From Eledone cirrhosa (lineage: Eukaryota): a stretch of DNA of 64,000 nucleotides. The DNA lies in assembly GCA_964016885.1 (NCBI GenBank), contig OZ024744.1:121954001-122018000 (forward strand), read 5' to 3'. Shown here piece by piece: positions 28,801-43,820 of the stretch. The translations under genes were made by a program, and so were the position numbers. Under the pieces are notes generated by a model. That model had not been told where the DNA came from. It was given only the letters and a program-made list of their open reading frames with translations, and did no database searches. Each line of letters opens with the position of its first letter. Positions within the stretch are counted from its first letter, which is position 1.

Positions 28801-31800
28801 CCCAACCATCTCACACTATCTCTCTTCACAACATCCATCACTACCTCCATTCCTCTCACCCAGTCACATTCATACTTCCTCAACACATGACCCAACCATC
28901 TCACACTATCTCTCTTCACAACATCCATCACTACCTCTGTTCCTCTTACCCAGTCAAGTTTATCCTTCCTCAACACATGACCCAACCATCTCACACTATC
29001 TCTCTTCACAACATCCATTACTACCTGTATTCTTCTCACCCAGTCACTTTCATACTTCCTCAACACATGACCCAACCATCTCACACTATCTCTCTTCACA
29101 ACATCCATTACTACCTCTATTGCTCTCACCCAGTCACTTTTATCCTTCCTCAACACATGACCCAACCATCTCACACGATCACCCTTCACAACATCCATCA
29201 CTACCTCGATTCCTCTCACCCAGTCAATTTAATACTTCCTCAACACATGACCCAACCATCTCACACTATGTCTCTTCACAACATCCATCACTACCTCTAT
29301 ACCTCTCACCCAGTCACTTTCATACTTCCTCAACACATGACCCAACCATCTCAAACTATCTCTCTTCACAACATCCATCACTACCTCTATTCCTCTCACC
29401 CAGTCACTTTTATCCTTCCTCAACACATGACCCAACCATCTCACACTATCTCTCTACACAACATCCATCACTACCCCTATTCCTATCACCCAGTCACATT
29501 CATACTTCCTCAACACAGGACCCAACCATCTCACACTATCTCTCTTCACAACATCCATCACTACCTCTATTCCTCTCACCCAGTCACTTTCATACTTCCT
29601 CAACACATGACCCAACCATCCCACAGTATCTCTCTTCACAACATCCATCACTACCTCTATTCCTCTCACCGAGTCACATTCATACTTCCTCAACATATGA
29701 CCCAACCATCTCACACTATCTCTCTTCACAACATCCATCACTACCTCTATTCCTCTCACCCAGTCACTTTCATACTTCCTCAACATATGACCCAACCATC
29801 TCACACTATCTCTCTTCACAACATCCATCACTACCTCTGTTCCTCTCACCCAGTCACTTTTATCCTTCCTCAACACATGACCCAACCATCTCACACTATC
29901 TCTCTTTACAACATCCATCACTACCTCTATTCCTCTCACCCAGTCACTTTTATCCGTCCTCAACACATGATCCAACCATCTCACACTATCTCTCCTCACA
30001 ACATCCATCACTACCTCCATTCCTCTCAGCCAGTCACTTTTATCCTTCCTCAACACATGACCCAACCATCTCACACTATCTCTCTTCACAACATCCATCA
30101 CTACCTCTATTCCTCTCACCCAGTCACTTTCATACTTCCTCAACACATGAGCCAATCATCTCACACTTTCTCCCTTTACAACATCCATCACTACCTCTAT
30201 TCCTCTCACCCAGTCACATTCATACTTCCTCAACACATGACCCAACCATCTCACACTGTCTCTCTTCACAACATCCATCACTACCTCTATTCCTCTCACC
30301 CAGTCAATTTTATACTTCCTCAACTCATGACTCAACCATCTCACACTATCTCTCTTCACAACATCCATCACTACCTCTATTCCTCTCACCCAGTCACTTT
30401 TATCCTTCCTCAACACATAACCCAACCATCTCACACTATCTCTCTTCACAACATCCATCACTACCTCTATTCCTCTCACCCAGTCACTTTTATCCTTCCT
30501 CAACACATGACCCAACCATCTCACTCTATCTCTCTTCACAACATCCATCACTACCTCTATTCCTCTCACCCAGTCACTTTTATCCTTCCTCAACACATGA
30601 CCCAACCATCTCACACTATCTCTCTTCACAACATCCATCACTACCTCTATTCCTCTCACCCAGTCACTTTCATACTTCCTCAACACATGAGCCAACTATC
30701 TCACACTATCTCTCTTCACAACATCCATCACTACCTCTATTCCTCTCACCCAGTCACTTTCATACTTCCTCAACACATGAGCCAATCATCTCACACTATC
30801 TCCCTTTACAACATCCATCACTACCTCTATTCCTCTCACCCAGACACATTCATACTTCCTCAACACAGGACCCAACCATCTCACACTATCTCTCTTCACA
30901 ACATCCATAACTATCTCTATTCCTCTCACCCAGTCACTTTTATCCTTCCTCAACACATGATCCAACCATCTCACACTATCTCTCTTCACAACATCCATCA
31001 CTACCTCCATTCCTCTCAGCCAGTCACATTCATACTTCCTCAACACATGACCCAACAATCTCACACTATCTCTCTTCACAACATCCATCACTACCTCTGT
31101 TCCTCTTACCCAGTCAAGTTTATCCTTCCTCAACACATGACCCAACCATCTCACACTATCTCTCTTCACAACATCCATTACTACCTCTATTGCTCTCACC
31201 CAGTCAATTTTATCCTTCCTCAACACATGACCCAACCATCTCACACTATCTCTCTTCACAACATCCATCACTACCTCTATTCCTCTCACCCAGTCACATT
31301 CATACTTCCTCAACACATAACCCAACCATCTCACACTGTCTCTCTTCACAACATCCATCACTACCTCTATTCCTCTCACCCAGTCACTTTTATACTTCCT
31401 CAACACATGACCCAACCATCTCACACTATCTCTCTTCACAACATCCATCACTACCTCTATTCCTCTCATCCAGTCACTTTTATCCTTCCCAAACACATGA
31501 CCCAACCATCTCACACTATCTCTCTTCACAACATCCATCACTACCTCTATTCCTTTCACCCAGTCACTTTTATCCTTCCTCAACACATGACCCAACCATC
31601 TCACACGATCACCCTTCACAACATCCATCACTACCTCTATTCCTCTCACCCAGTCACTTTCATACTTCCTCAACACATGACCCGACCATCTCACACTATC
31701 TCTCTTCACAACATCCATCACTACCTCTGTTTCTCTCACCCAGTCACATTCATACTTCCTCAACTCATGACCCAACCATCTCACACTATCTCTCTTCACA

Positions 31801-34800
31801 ACATCCATCACTACCTTTATTCCTCTCACCCAGTCACTTTTATCCTTCCTCAACACATAACCCAACCATCTCACACGATCACCCTTCACAACATCCATCA
31901 CTACCTCTATTCCTCTCACCCAGTCAATTTCATACTTCCTCAACACATGACCTAACCATCTCACACTATCTCTCTTCACAACATCCATCACTACCTCTAT
32001 ACCTCTCACCCAGTCACTTTCATACTTCCTCAACACATGACCCAACCATCTCACACTATCTCTCTTCACAACATCCATCACTACCTCTATTCCTATCACC
32101 CAGTCACATTCATACTTCCTCAACACAGGACCCAACCATCTCACACTATCTCTCTTCATAACATCCATCACTACCTCTGTTCCTCTCACCCAGTCACTTT
32201 TATCCTTCCTCAACACATGACCCAACCATCTCACACTATCTCTCCTCACAACATCCATCACTACCTCTATTCCTCTCACCCAGTCACTTTTATCCTTCCT
32301 CAACACATGACCCAACCATCTCACACTATCTCTCTTCACAACATCCATCACTACCTCCATTCCTCTCAGCCAGTCACATTCATACTTCCTCAACACATGA
32401 CACAACCATCTCACACTATCTCTCTTCACAACATCCATCACTACCTCTATTCCTCTCACACAGTCACTTTCATACTTCCTCAACACATGACCCAACCATC
32501 TCACACTATCACTCTTCACAACATCCATCACAACCTCTATTCCTCTTACCCAGTCACCTTTATCCTTCCTGAACACATGAACCAACCATCTCACACTATC
32601 TCTCTTCACAACATCCATTACTACCTGTATTCCTCTCACACAGTCACTTTCATACTTCCTCAACACATGACCCAACCATCTCACACTATCTCACTTCACA
32701 ACATCCATTACTACCTCTATTGCTCTCACCCAGTCACTTTTATCCTTCCTCAACACATGACCCAACCATCTCACACTATCTCTCTTCACAACATCCATTA
32801 CTACCTCTATTGCTCTCACCCAGTCAATTTTATCCTTCCTCAACACATGACCCAACCATCTCACACTATCTCTCTTCACAACATCCATCACTACCTCTAT
32901 TCCTTTCACCCAGTCACTTTTATCCTTCCTCAACACATGACCCAACCATCTCACACGATCACCCTTCACAACATCCATCACTACCTCTATTCCTCTCACC
33001 CAGTCACTTTCATACTTCCTCAACACATGACCCGACCATCTCACACTATCTCTCTTCACAACATCCATCACTACATCTGTTTCTCTCACCCAGTCACATT
33101 CATACTTCCTCAACTCATGACCCAACCATCTCACACTATCTCTCTTCACAACATCCATCACTACCTTTATTCCTCTCACACAGTCACTTTCATACTTCCT
33201 CAACACATGACCCAACCATCTCACACTATCTCTCTTCACAACATCCATTACTACCTCTATTGCTCTCACCCAGTCACTTTTATCCTTCCTCAACACATGA
33301 CCCAACCATCTCACACGATCACCCTTCACAACATCCATCACTACCTCTATTCCTCTCACCCAGTCAATTTCATACTTCCTCAACACATGACCCAACCATC
33401 TCACACCATCTCTCTTCACAACATCCATCACTACCTCTGTTTCTCTCACCCAGTCACATTCATACTTCCTCAACACATGACCCAACCATCTCACACTATC
33501 TCTCTTCACAACATCCATCACTACCTCTGTTTCTCTCACCCAGTCACATTCATAATTCCTCAACACATGACCCAACCATCTCACACTATCTCTCTTCACA
33601 ACATCCATCACTACCTCTATTCCTCTCACCCAGTCACTTTTATCCTTCCCAAACACATGACCCAACCATCTCATACTATCTCTCTTCACAACATCCATCA
33701 CTACCTTTATTCCTTTCACCCAGTCACTTTATCCGTCCTCAACACATGACCCAACCATCTCACACGATCACCCTTCACAACATCCATCACTACCTCTATT
33801 CCTCTCACCCAGTCACTTTCATACTTCCTCAACACATGACCCAACCATCTCACACTATCTCTCTTCACAACATCCATCACTACCTCCATTCCTCTCACCC
33901 AGTCACATTCATACTTCCTCAACACATGACCCAACCATCTCACACTATCTCTCTTCACAACATCCATCACTACCTCTGTTCCTCTTACCCAGTCAAGTTT
34001 ATCCTTCCTCAACACATGACCCAACCATCTCACACTATCTCTCTTCACAACATCCATTACTACCTGTATTCTTCTCACCCAGTCACTTTCATACTTCCTC
34101 AACACATGACCCAACCATCTCACACTATCTCTCTTCACAACATCCATTACTACCTCTATTGCTCTCACCCAGTCACTTTTATCCTTCCTCAACACATGAC
34201 CCAACCATCTCACACGATCACCCTTCACAACATCCATCACTACCTCGATTCCTCTCACCCAGTCAATTTAATACTTCCTCAACACATGACCCAACCATCT
34301 CACACTATGTCTCTTCACAACATCCATCACTACCTCTATACCTCTCACCCAGTCACTTTCATACTTCCTCAACACATGACCCAACCATCTCAAACTATCT
34401 CTCTTCACAACATCCATCACTACCTCTATTCCTCTCACCCAGTCACTTTTATCCTTCCTCAACACATGACCCAACCATCTCACACTATCTCTCAACACAA
34501 CATCCATCACTACCCCTATTCCTATCACCCAGTCACATTCATACTTCCTCAACACAGGACCCAACCATCTCACACTATCTCTCTTCACAACATCCATCAC
34601 TACCTCTATTCCTCTCACCCAGTCACTTTCATACTTCCTCAACACATGACCCAACCATCCCACAGTATCTCTCTTCACAACATCCATCACTACCTCTATT
34701 CCTCTCACCGAGTCACATTCATACTTCCTCAACATATGACCCAACCATCTCACACTATCTCTCTTCACAACATCCATCACTACCTCTATTCCTCTCACCC

Positions 34801-37800
34801 AGTCACTTTCATACTTCCTCAACATATGACCCAACCATCTCACACTATCTCTCTTCACAACATCCATCACTACCTCTGTTCCTCTCACCCAGTCACTTTT
34901 ATCCTTCCTCAACACATGACCCAACCATCTCACACTATCTCTCTTTACAACATCCATCACTACCTCTATTCCTCTCACCCAGTCACTTTTATCCGTCCTC
35001 AACACATGATCCAACCATCTCACACTATCTCTCCTCACAACATCCATCACTACCTCCATTCCTCTCAGCCAGTCACTTTTATCCTTCCTCAACACATGAC
35101 CCAACCATCTCACACTATCTCTCTTCACAACATCCATCACTACCTCTATTCCTCTCACCCAGTCACTTTCATACTTCCTCAACACATGAGCCAATCATCT
35201 CACACTTTCTCCCTTTACAACATCCATCACTACCTCTATTCCTCTCACCCAGTCACATTCATACTTCCTCAACACATGACCCAACCATCTCACACTGTCT
35301 CTCTTCACAACATCCATCACTACCTCTATTCCTCTCACCCAGTCAATTTTATACTTCCTCAACTCATGACCCAACCATCTCACACTATCTCTCTTCACAA
35401 CATCCATCACTACCTCTATTCCTCTCACCCAGTCACTTTTATCCTTCCTCAACACATAACCCAACCATCTCACACTATCTCTCTTCACAACATCCATCAC
35501 TACCTCTATTCCTCTCACCCAGTCACTTTTATCCTTCCTCAACACATGACCCAACCATCTCACTCTATCTCTCTTCACAACATCCATCACTACCTCTATT
35601 CCTCTCACCCAGTCACTTTTATCCTTCCTCAACACATGACCCAACCATCTCACACTATCTCTCTTCACAACATCCATCACTACCTCTATTCCTCTCACCT
35701 AGTCACTTTCATACTTCCTCAACACATGAGCCAACTATCTCACACTATCTCTCTTCACAACATCCATCACTACCTCTATTCCTCTCACCCAGTCACTTTC
35801 ATACTTCCTCAACACATGATCCAACCATCTCACACTATCTCTCTTCACAACATCCATCACTACCTCCATTCCTCTCAGCCAGTCACATTCATACTTCCTC
35901 AACACATGACCCAACCATCTCACACTATCTCTCTTCACAACATCCATCACTACCTCTGTTCCTCTTACCCAGTCAAGTTTATCCTTCCTCAACACATGAC
36001 CCAACCATCTCACACTATCTCTCTCCACAACATCCATTACTACCTCTATTGCTCTCACCCAGTCAATTTTATCCTTCCTCAACACATGACCCAACCATCT
36101 CACACTATCTCTCTTCACAACATCCATCACTACCTCTATTCCTCTCACCCAGTCACATTCATACTTCCTCAACACATAACCCAACCATCTCACACTGTCT
36201 CTCTTCACAACATCCATCACTACCTCTATTCCTCTCACCCAGTCACTTTTATACTTCCTCAACACATGACCCAACCATCTCACACTATCTCTCTTCACAA
36301 CATCCATCACTACCTCTATTCCTCTCATCCAGTCACTTTTATCCTTCCCAAACACATGACCCAACCATCTCACACTATCTCTCTTCACAACATCCATCAC
36401 TACCTCTATTCCTTTCACCCAGTCACTTTTATCCTTCCTCAACACATGACCCAACCATCTCACACGATCACCCTTCACAACATCCATCACTACCTCTATT
36501 CCTCTCACCCAGTCACTTTCATACTTCCTCAACACATGACCCGACCATCTCACACTATCTCTCTTCACAACATCCATCACTACCTCTGTTTCTCTCACCC
36601 AGTCACATTCATACTTCCTCAACTCATGACCCAACCATCTCACACTATCTCTCTTCACAACATCCATCACTACCTTTATTCCTCTCACACAGTCACTTTC
36701 ATACTTCCTCAACACATGACCCAACCATCTCACACTATCTCTCTTCACAACATCCATTACTACCTCTATTGCTCTCACCCAGTCACTTTTATCCTTCCTC
36801 AACACATAACCCAACCATCTCACACGATCACCCTTCACAACATCCATCACTACCTCTATACCTCTCACCCAGTCACTTTCATACTTCCTCAACACATGAC
36901 CCAACCATCTCACACTATCTCTCTTCACAACATCCATCACTACCTCTATTCCTATCACCCAGTCACATTCATACTTCCTCAACACAGGACCCAACCATCT
37001 CACACTATCTCTCTTCACAACATCCATCACTACCTCTGTTCCTCTCACCCAGTCACTTTTATCCTTCCTCAACACATGACCCAACCATCTCACACTATCT
37101 CTCTTTACAACATCCATCACTACCTCTATTCCTCTCACCCAGTCACTTTTATCCTTCCTCAACACATGATCCAACCATCTCACACTATCTCTCCTCACAA
37201 CATCCATCACTACCTCTATTCCTCTCACCCAGTCACTTTTATCCTTCCTCAACACATGACCCAACCATCTCACACTTTCTCTCTTCACAACATCCATCAC
37301 TACCTCCATTCCTCTCAGCCAGTCACATTCATACTTCCTCAACACATGACACAACCATCTCACACTATCTCTCTTCACAACATCCATCACTACCTCTATT
37401 CCTCTCACACAGTCACTTTCATACTTCCTCAACACATGACCCAACCATCTCACACTATCACTCTTCACAACATCCATCACAACCTCTATTCCTCTTACCC
37501 AGTCACCTTTATCCTTCCTGAACACATGAACCAACCATCTCACACTATCTCTCTTCACAACATCCATTACTACCTGTATTCCTCTCACACAGTCACTTTC
37601 ATACTTCCTCAACACATGACCCAACCATCTTACACTATCTCACTTCACAACATCCATTACTACCTCTATTGCTCTCACCCAGTCACTTTTATCCTTCCTC
37701 AACACATGACCCAACCATCTCACACTATCTCTCTTCACAACATCCATTACTACCTCTATTGCTCTCACCCAGTCAATTTTATCCTTCCTCAACACATGAC
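28340..37800. repeat. About 4.4-kb block repeated at +5039 bp (56 monomers minus 1 bp)
   Basis: ORFs 28677..29219 and 33716..34258 are identical. Shared rare variants are ctcgatt, caatttaata, cactatgtc, atcccacagta, caccgagt and caacatatg. The register shifts by internal monomer loss after about 30.7/35.8 kb. Confidence 0.85.
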
Positions 37801-40800
37801 CCAACCATCTCACACTATCTCTCAACACAACATCCATCACTACCCCTATTCCTATCACCCAGTCACATTCATACTTCCTCAACACAGGACCCAACCATCT
37901 CACACTATCTCTCTTCACAACATCCATCACTACCTCTATTCCTCTCACCCAGTCACTTTCATACTTCCTCAACACATGACCCAACCATCCCACAGTATCT
38001 CTCTTCACAACATCCATCACTACCTCTATTCCTCTCACCGAGTCACATTCATACTTTCTCAACATATGACCCAACCATCTCACACTATCTCTCTTCACAA
38101 CATCCATCACTACCTCTATTCCTCTCACCCAGTCACTTTCATACTTCCTCAACATATGACCCAACCATCTCACACTATCTCTCTTCACAACATCCATCAC
38201 TACCTCTGTTCCTCTCACCCAGTCACTTTTATCCTTCCTCAACACATGACCCAACCATCTCACACTATCTCTCTTTACAACATCCATCACTACCTCTATT
38301 CCTCTCACCCAGTCACTTTTATCCGTCCTCAACACATGATCCAACCATCTCACACTATCTCTCCTCACAACATCCATCACTACCTCCATTCCTCTCAGCC
38401 AGTCACTTTTATCCTTCCTCAACACATGACCCAACCATCTCACACTATCTCTCTTCACAACATCCATCACTACCTCTATTCCTCTCACCCAGTCACTTTC
38501 ATACTTCCTCAACACATGAGCCAATCATCTCACACTTTCTCCCTTTACAACATCCATCACTACCTCTATTCCTCTCACCCAGTCACATTCATACTTCCTC
38601 AACACATGACCCAACCATCTCACACTGTCTCTCTTCACAACATCCATCACTACCTCTATTCCTCTCACCCAGTCAATTTTATACTTCCTCAACTCATGAC
38701 CCAACCATCTCACACTATCTCTCTTCACAACATCCATCACTACCTCTATTCCTCTCACCCAGTCACTTTTATCCTTCCTCAACACATAACCCAACCATCT
38801 CACACTATCTCTCTTCACAACATCCATCACTACCTCTATTCCTCTCACCCAGTCACTTTTATCCTTCCTCAACACATGACCCAACCATCTCACTCTATAT
38901 CTCTTCACAACATCCATCACTACCTCTATTCCTCTCACCCAGTCACTTTTATCCTTCCTCAACACATGACCCAACCATCTCACACTATCTCTCTTCACAA
39001 CATCCATCACTACCTCTATTCCTCTCACCCAGTCACTTTCATACTTCCTCAACACATGAGCCAACTATCTCACACTATCTCTCTTCACAACATCCATCAC
39101 TACCTCTATTCCTCTCACCCAGTCACTTTCATACTTCCTCAACACATGATCCAACCATCTCACACTATCTCTCTTCACAACATCCATCACTACCTCCATT
39201 CCTCTCAGCCAGTCACATTCATACTTCCTCAACACATGACCCAACCATCTCACACTATCTCTCTTCACAACATCCATCACTACCTCTGTTCCTCTTACCC
39301 AGTCAAGTTTATCCTTCCTCAACACATGACCCAACCATCTCACACTATCTCTCTCCACAACATCCATTACTACCTCTATTGCTCTCACCCAGTCAATTTT
39401 ATCCTTCCTCAACACATGACCCAACCATCTCACACTATCTCTCTTCACAACATCCATCACTACCTCTATTCCTCTCACCCAGTCACATTCATACTTCCTC
39501 AACACATAACCCAACCATCTCACACTGTCTCTCTTCACAACATCCATCACTACCTCTATTCCTCTCACCCAGTCACTTTTATACTTCCTCAACACATGAC
39601 CCAACCATCTCACACTATCTCTCTTCACAACATCCATCACTACCTCTATTCCTCTCATCCAGTCACTTTTATCCTTCCCAAACACATGACCCAACCATCT
39701 CACACTATCTCTCTTCACAACATCCATCACTACCTCTATTCCTTTCACCCAGTCACTTTTATCCTTCCTCAACACATGACCCAACCATCTCACACGATCA
39801 CCCTTCACAACATCCATCACTACCTCTATTCCTCTCACCCAGTCACTTTCATACTTCCTCAACACATGACCCGACCATCTCACACTATCTCTCTTCACAA
39901 CATCCATCACTACCTCTGTTTCTCTCACCCAGTCACATTCATACTTCCTCAACTCATGACCCAACCATCTCACACTATCTCTCTTCACAACATCCATCAC
40001 TACCTTTATTCCTCTCACACAGTCACTTTCATACTTCCTCAACACATGACCCAACCATCTCACACTATCTCTCTTCACAACATCCATTACTACCTCTATT
40101 GCTCTCACCCAGTCACTTTTATCCTTCCTCAACACATAACCCAACCATCTCACACGATCACCCTTCACAACATCCATCACTACCTCTATTCCTCTCACCC
40201 AGTCAATTTCATACTTCCTCAACACATGACCTAACCATCTCACACTATCTCTCTTCACAACATCCATCACTACCTCTATACCTCTCACCCAGTCACTTTC
40301 ATACTTCCTCAACACATGACCCAACCATCTCACACTATCTCTCTTCACAACATCCATCACTACCTCTATTCCTATCACCCAGTCACATTCATACTTCCTC
40401 AACACAGGACCCAACCATCTCACACTATCTCTCTTCACAACATCCATTACTACCTCTATTGCTCTCACCCAGTCACTTTTATCCTTCCTCAACACATAAC
40501 CCAACCATCTCACACGATCACCCTTCACAACATCCATCACTACCTCTATACCTCTCACCCAGTCACTTTCATACTTCCTCAACACATGACCCAACCATCT
40601 CACACTATCTCTCTTCACAACATCCATCACTACCTCTATTCCTATCACCCAGTCACATTCATACTTCCTCAACACAGGACCCAACCATCTCACACTATCT
40701 CTCTTCACAACATCCATCACTACCTCTGTTCCTCTCACCCAGTCAATTTTATCCTTCCTCAACACATGACCCAACCATCTCACACTATCTCTCTTTACAA

Positions 40801-43800
40801 CATCCATCACTACCTCTATTCCTCTCACCCAGTCACTTTTATCCTTCCTCAACACATGATCCAACCATCTCACACTATCTCTCCTCACAACATCCATCAC
40901 TACCTCTATTCCTCTCACCCAGTCACTTTTATCCTTCCTCAACACATGACCCAACCATCTCACACTATCTCTCTTCACAACATCCATCACTACCTCCATT
41001 CCTCTCAGCCAGTCACATTCATACTTCCTCAACACATGACACAACCATCTCACACTATCTCTCTTCACAACATCCATCACTACCTCTATTCCTCTCACAC
41101 AGTCACTTTCATACTTCCTCAACACATGACCCAACCATCTCACACTATCACTCTTCACAACATCCATCACAACCTCTATTCCTCTTACCCAGTCACCTTT
41201 ATCCTTCCTGAACACATGACCCAACCATCTCACACTATCTCTCAACACAACATCCATCACTACCCCTATTCCTATCACCCAGTCACATTCATACTTCCTC
41301 AACACAGGACCCAACCATCTCACACTATCTCTCTTCACAACATCCATCACTACCTCTATTCCTCTCACCCAGTCACTTTCATACTTCCTCAACACATGAC
41401 CCAACCATCCCACAGTATCTCTCTTCACAACATCCATCACTACCTCTATTCCTCTCACCGAGTCACATTCATACTTCCTCAACATATGACCCAACCATCT
41501 CACACTATCTCTCTTCACAACATCCATCACTACCTCTATTCCTCTCACCCAGTCACTTTCATACTTCCTCAACATATGACCCAACCATCTCACACTATCT
41601 CTCTTCACAACATCCATCACTACCTCTGTTCCTCTCACCCAGTCACTTTTATCCTTCCTCAACACATGACCCAACCATCTCACACTATCTCTCTTTACAA
41701 CATCCATCACTACCTCTATTCCTCTCACCCAGTCACTTTTATCCGTCCTCAACACATGATCCAACCATCTCACACTATCTCTCCTCACAACATCCATCAC
41801 TACCTCCATTCCTCTCAGCCAGTCACTTTTATCCTTCCTCAACACATGACCCAACCATCTCACACTATCTCTCTTCACAACATCCATCACTACCTCTATT
41901 CCTCTCACCCAGTCACTTTCATACTTCCTCAACACATGAGCCAATCATCTCACACTTTCTCCCTTTACAACATCCATCACTACCTCTATTCCTCTCACCC
42001 AGTCACATTCATACTTCCTCAACACATGACCCAACCATCTCACACTGTCTCTCTTCACAACATCCATCACTACCTCTATTCCTCTCACCCAGTCAATTTT
42101 ATACTTCCTCAACTCATGACCCAACCATCTCACACTATCTCTCTTCACAACATCCATCACTACCTCTATTCCTCTCACCCAGTCACTTTTATCCTTCCTC
42201 AACACATAACCCAACCATCTCACACTATCTCTCTTCACAACATCCATCACTACCTCTATTCCTCTCACCCAGTCACTTTTATCCTTCCTCAACACATGAC
42301 CCAACCATCTCACTCTATATCTCTTCACAACATCCATCACTACCTCTATTCCTCTCACCCAGTCACTTTTATCCTTCCTCAACACATGACCCAACCATCT
42401 CACACTATCTTTCTTCACAACATCCATCACTACCTCTATTCCTCTCACCCAGTCACTTTCATACTTCCTCAACACATGAGCCAACTATCTCACACTATCT
42501 CTCTTCACAACATCCATCACTACCTCTATTCCTCTCACCCAGTCACTTTCATACTTCCTCAACACATGATCCAACCATCTCACACTATCTCTCTTCACAA
42601 CATCCATCACTACCTCCATTCCTCTCAGCCAGTCACATTCATACTTCCTCAACACATGACCCAACCATCTCACACTATCTCTCTTCACAACATCCATCAC
42701 TACCTCTGTTCCTCTTACCCAGTCAAGTTTATCCTTCCTCAACACATGACCCAACCATCTCACACTATCTCTCTCCACAACATCCATTACTACCTCTATT
42801 GCTCTCACCCAGTCAATTTTATCCTTCCTCAACACATGACCCAACCATCTCACACTATCTCTCTTCACAACATCCATCACTACCTCTATTCCTCTCACCC
42901 AGTCACATTCATACTTCCTCAACACATAACCCAACCATCTCACACTGTCTCTCTTCACAACATCCATCACTACCTCTATTCCTCTCACCCAGTCACTTTT
43001 ATACTTCCTCAACACATGACCCAACCATCTCACACTATCTCTCTTCACAACATCCATCACTACCTCTATTCCTCTCATCCAGTCACTTTTATCCTTCCCA
43101 AACACATGACCCAACCATCTCACACTATCTCTCTTCACAACATCCATCACTACCTCTATTCCTTTCACCCAGTCACTTTTATCCTTCCTCAACACATGAC
43201 CCAACCATCTCACACGATCACCCTTCACAACATCCATCACTACCTCTATTCCTCTCACCCAGTCACTTTCATACTTCCTCAACACATGACCCGACCATCT
43301 CACACTATCTCTCTTCACAACATCCATCACTACCTCTGTTTCTCTCACCCAGTCACATTCATACTTCCTCAACTCATGACCCAACCATCTCACACTATCT
43401 CTCTTCACAACATCCATCACTACCTTTATTCCTCTCACACAGTCACTTTCATACTTCCTCAACACATGACCCAACCATCTCACACTATCTCTCTTCACAA
43501 CATCCATTACTACCTCTATTGCTCTCACCCAGTCACTTTTATCCTTCCTCAACACATAACCCAACCATCTCACACGATCACCCTTCACAACATCCATCAC
43601 TACCTCTATTCCTCTCACCCAGTCAATTTCATACTTCCTCAACACATGACCTAACCATCTCACACTATCTCTCTTCACAACATCCATCACTACCTCTATA
43701 CCTCTCACCCAGTCACTTTCATACTTCCTCAACACATGACCCAACCATCTCACACTATCTCTCTTCACAACATCCATCACTACCTCTATTCCTATCACCC

Positions 43801-43820
43801 AGTCACATTCATACTTCCTC
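37801..43820. repeat. About 2.6-kb block repeated at +3420 bp (38 monomers); a further copy lies 3330 bp (37 monomers) upstream
   Basis: 'ctcaacacaacatccatcactacccctattcctatc' occurs at 34491, 37821 and 41241. The private variant 'cactctatatctc' occurs at 38891 and 42311. Confidence 0.88.

Noticed and set aside
32720-40234. 2504-aa + strand ORF and other long His/Ser/Pro-rich ORFs (MTQPSHTISLHNIHHYLYSSHPVTFILPQH and HDPTISHYLSSQHPSLPLFLSPSHFYPSST repeats) as a His-rich or metal-binding protein
   Set aside because: The G-poor strand rarely forms stops and the unit is a multiple of 3, so two + frames are open by default. The ORFs overlap one another, switch frame at indels, have no unique termini or signal peptide, and end at sporadic stops.
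39065-41944. Long minus-strand ORFs (up to 959 aa) as a functional repeat protein or active retrotransposon ORF
   Set aside because: Only a 30-aa fragment is repeated, with no RT or endonuclease domain. Nonsense variants and frameshifts in this frame have been propagated repeatedly.
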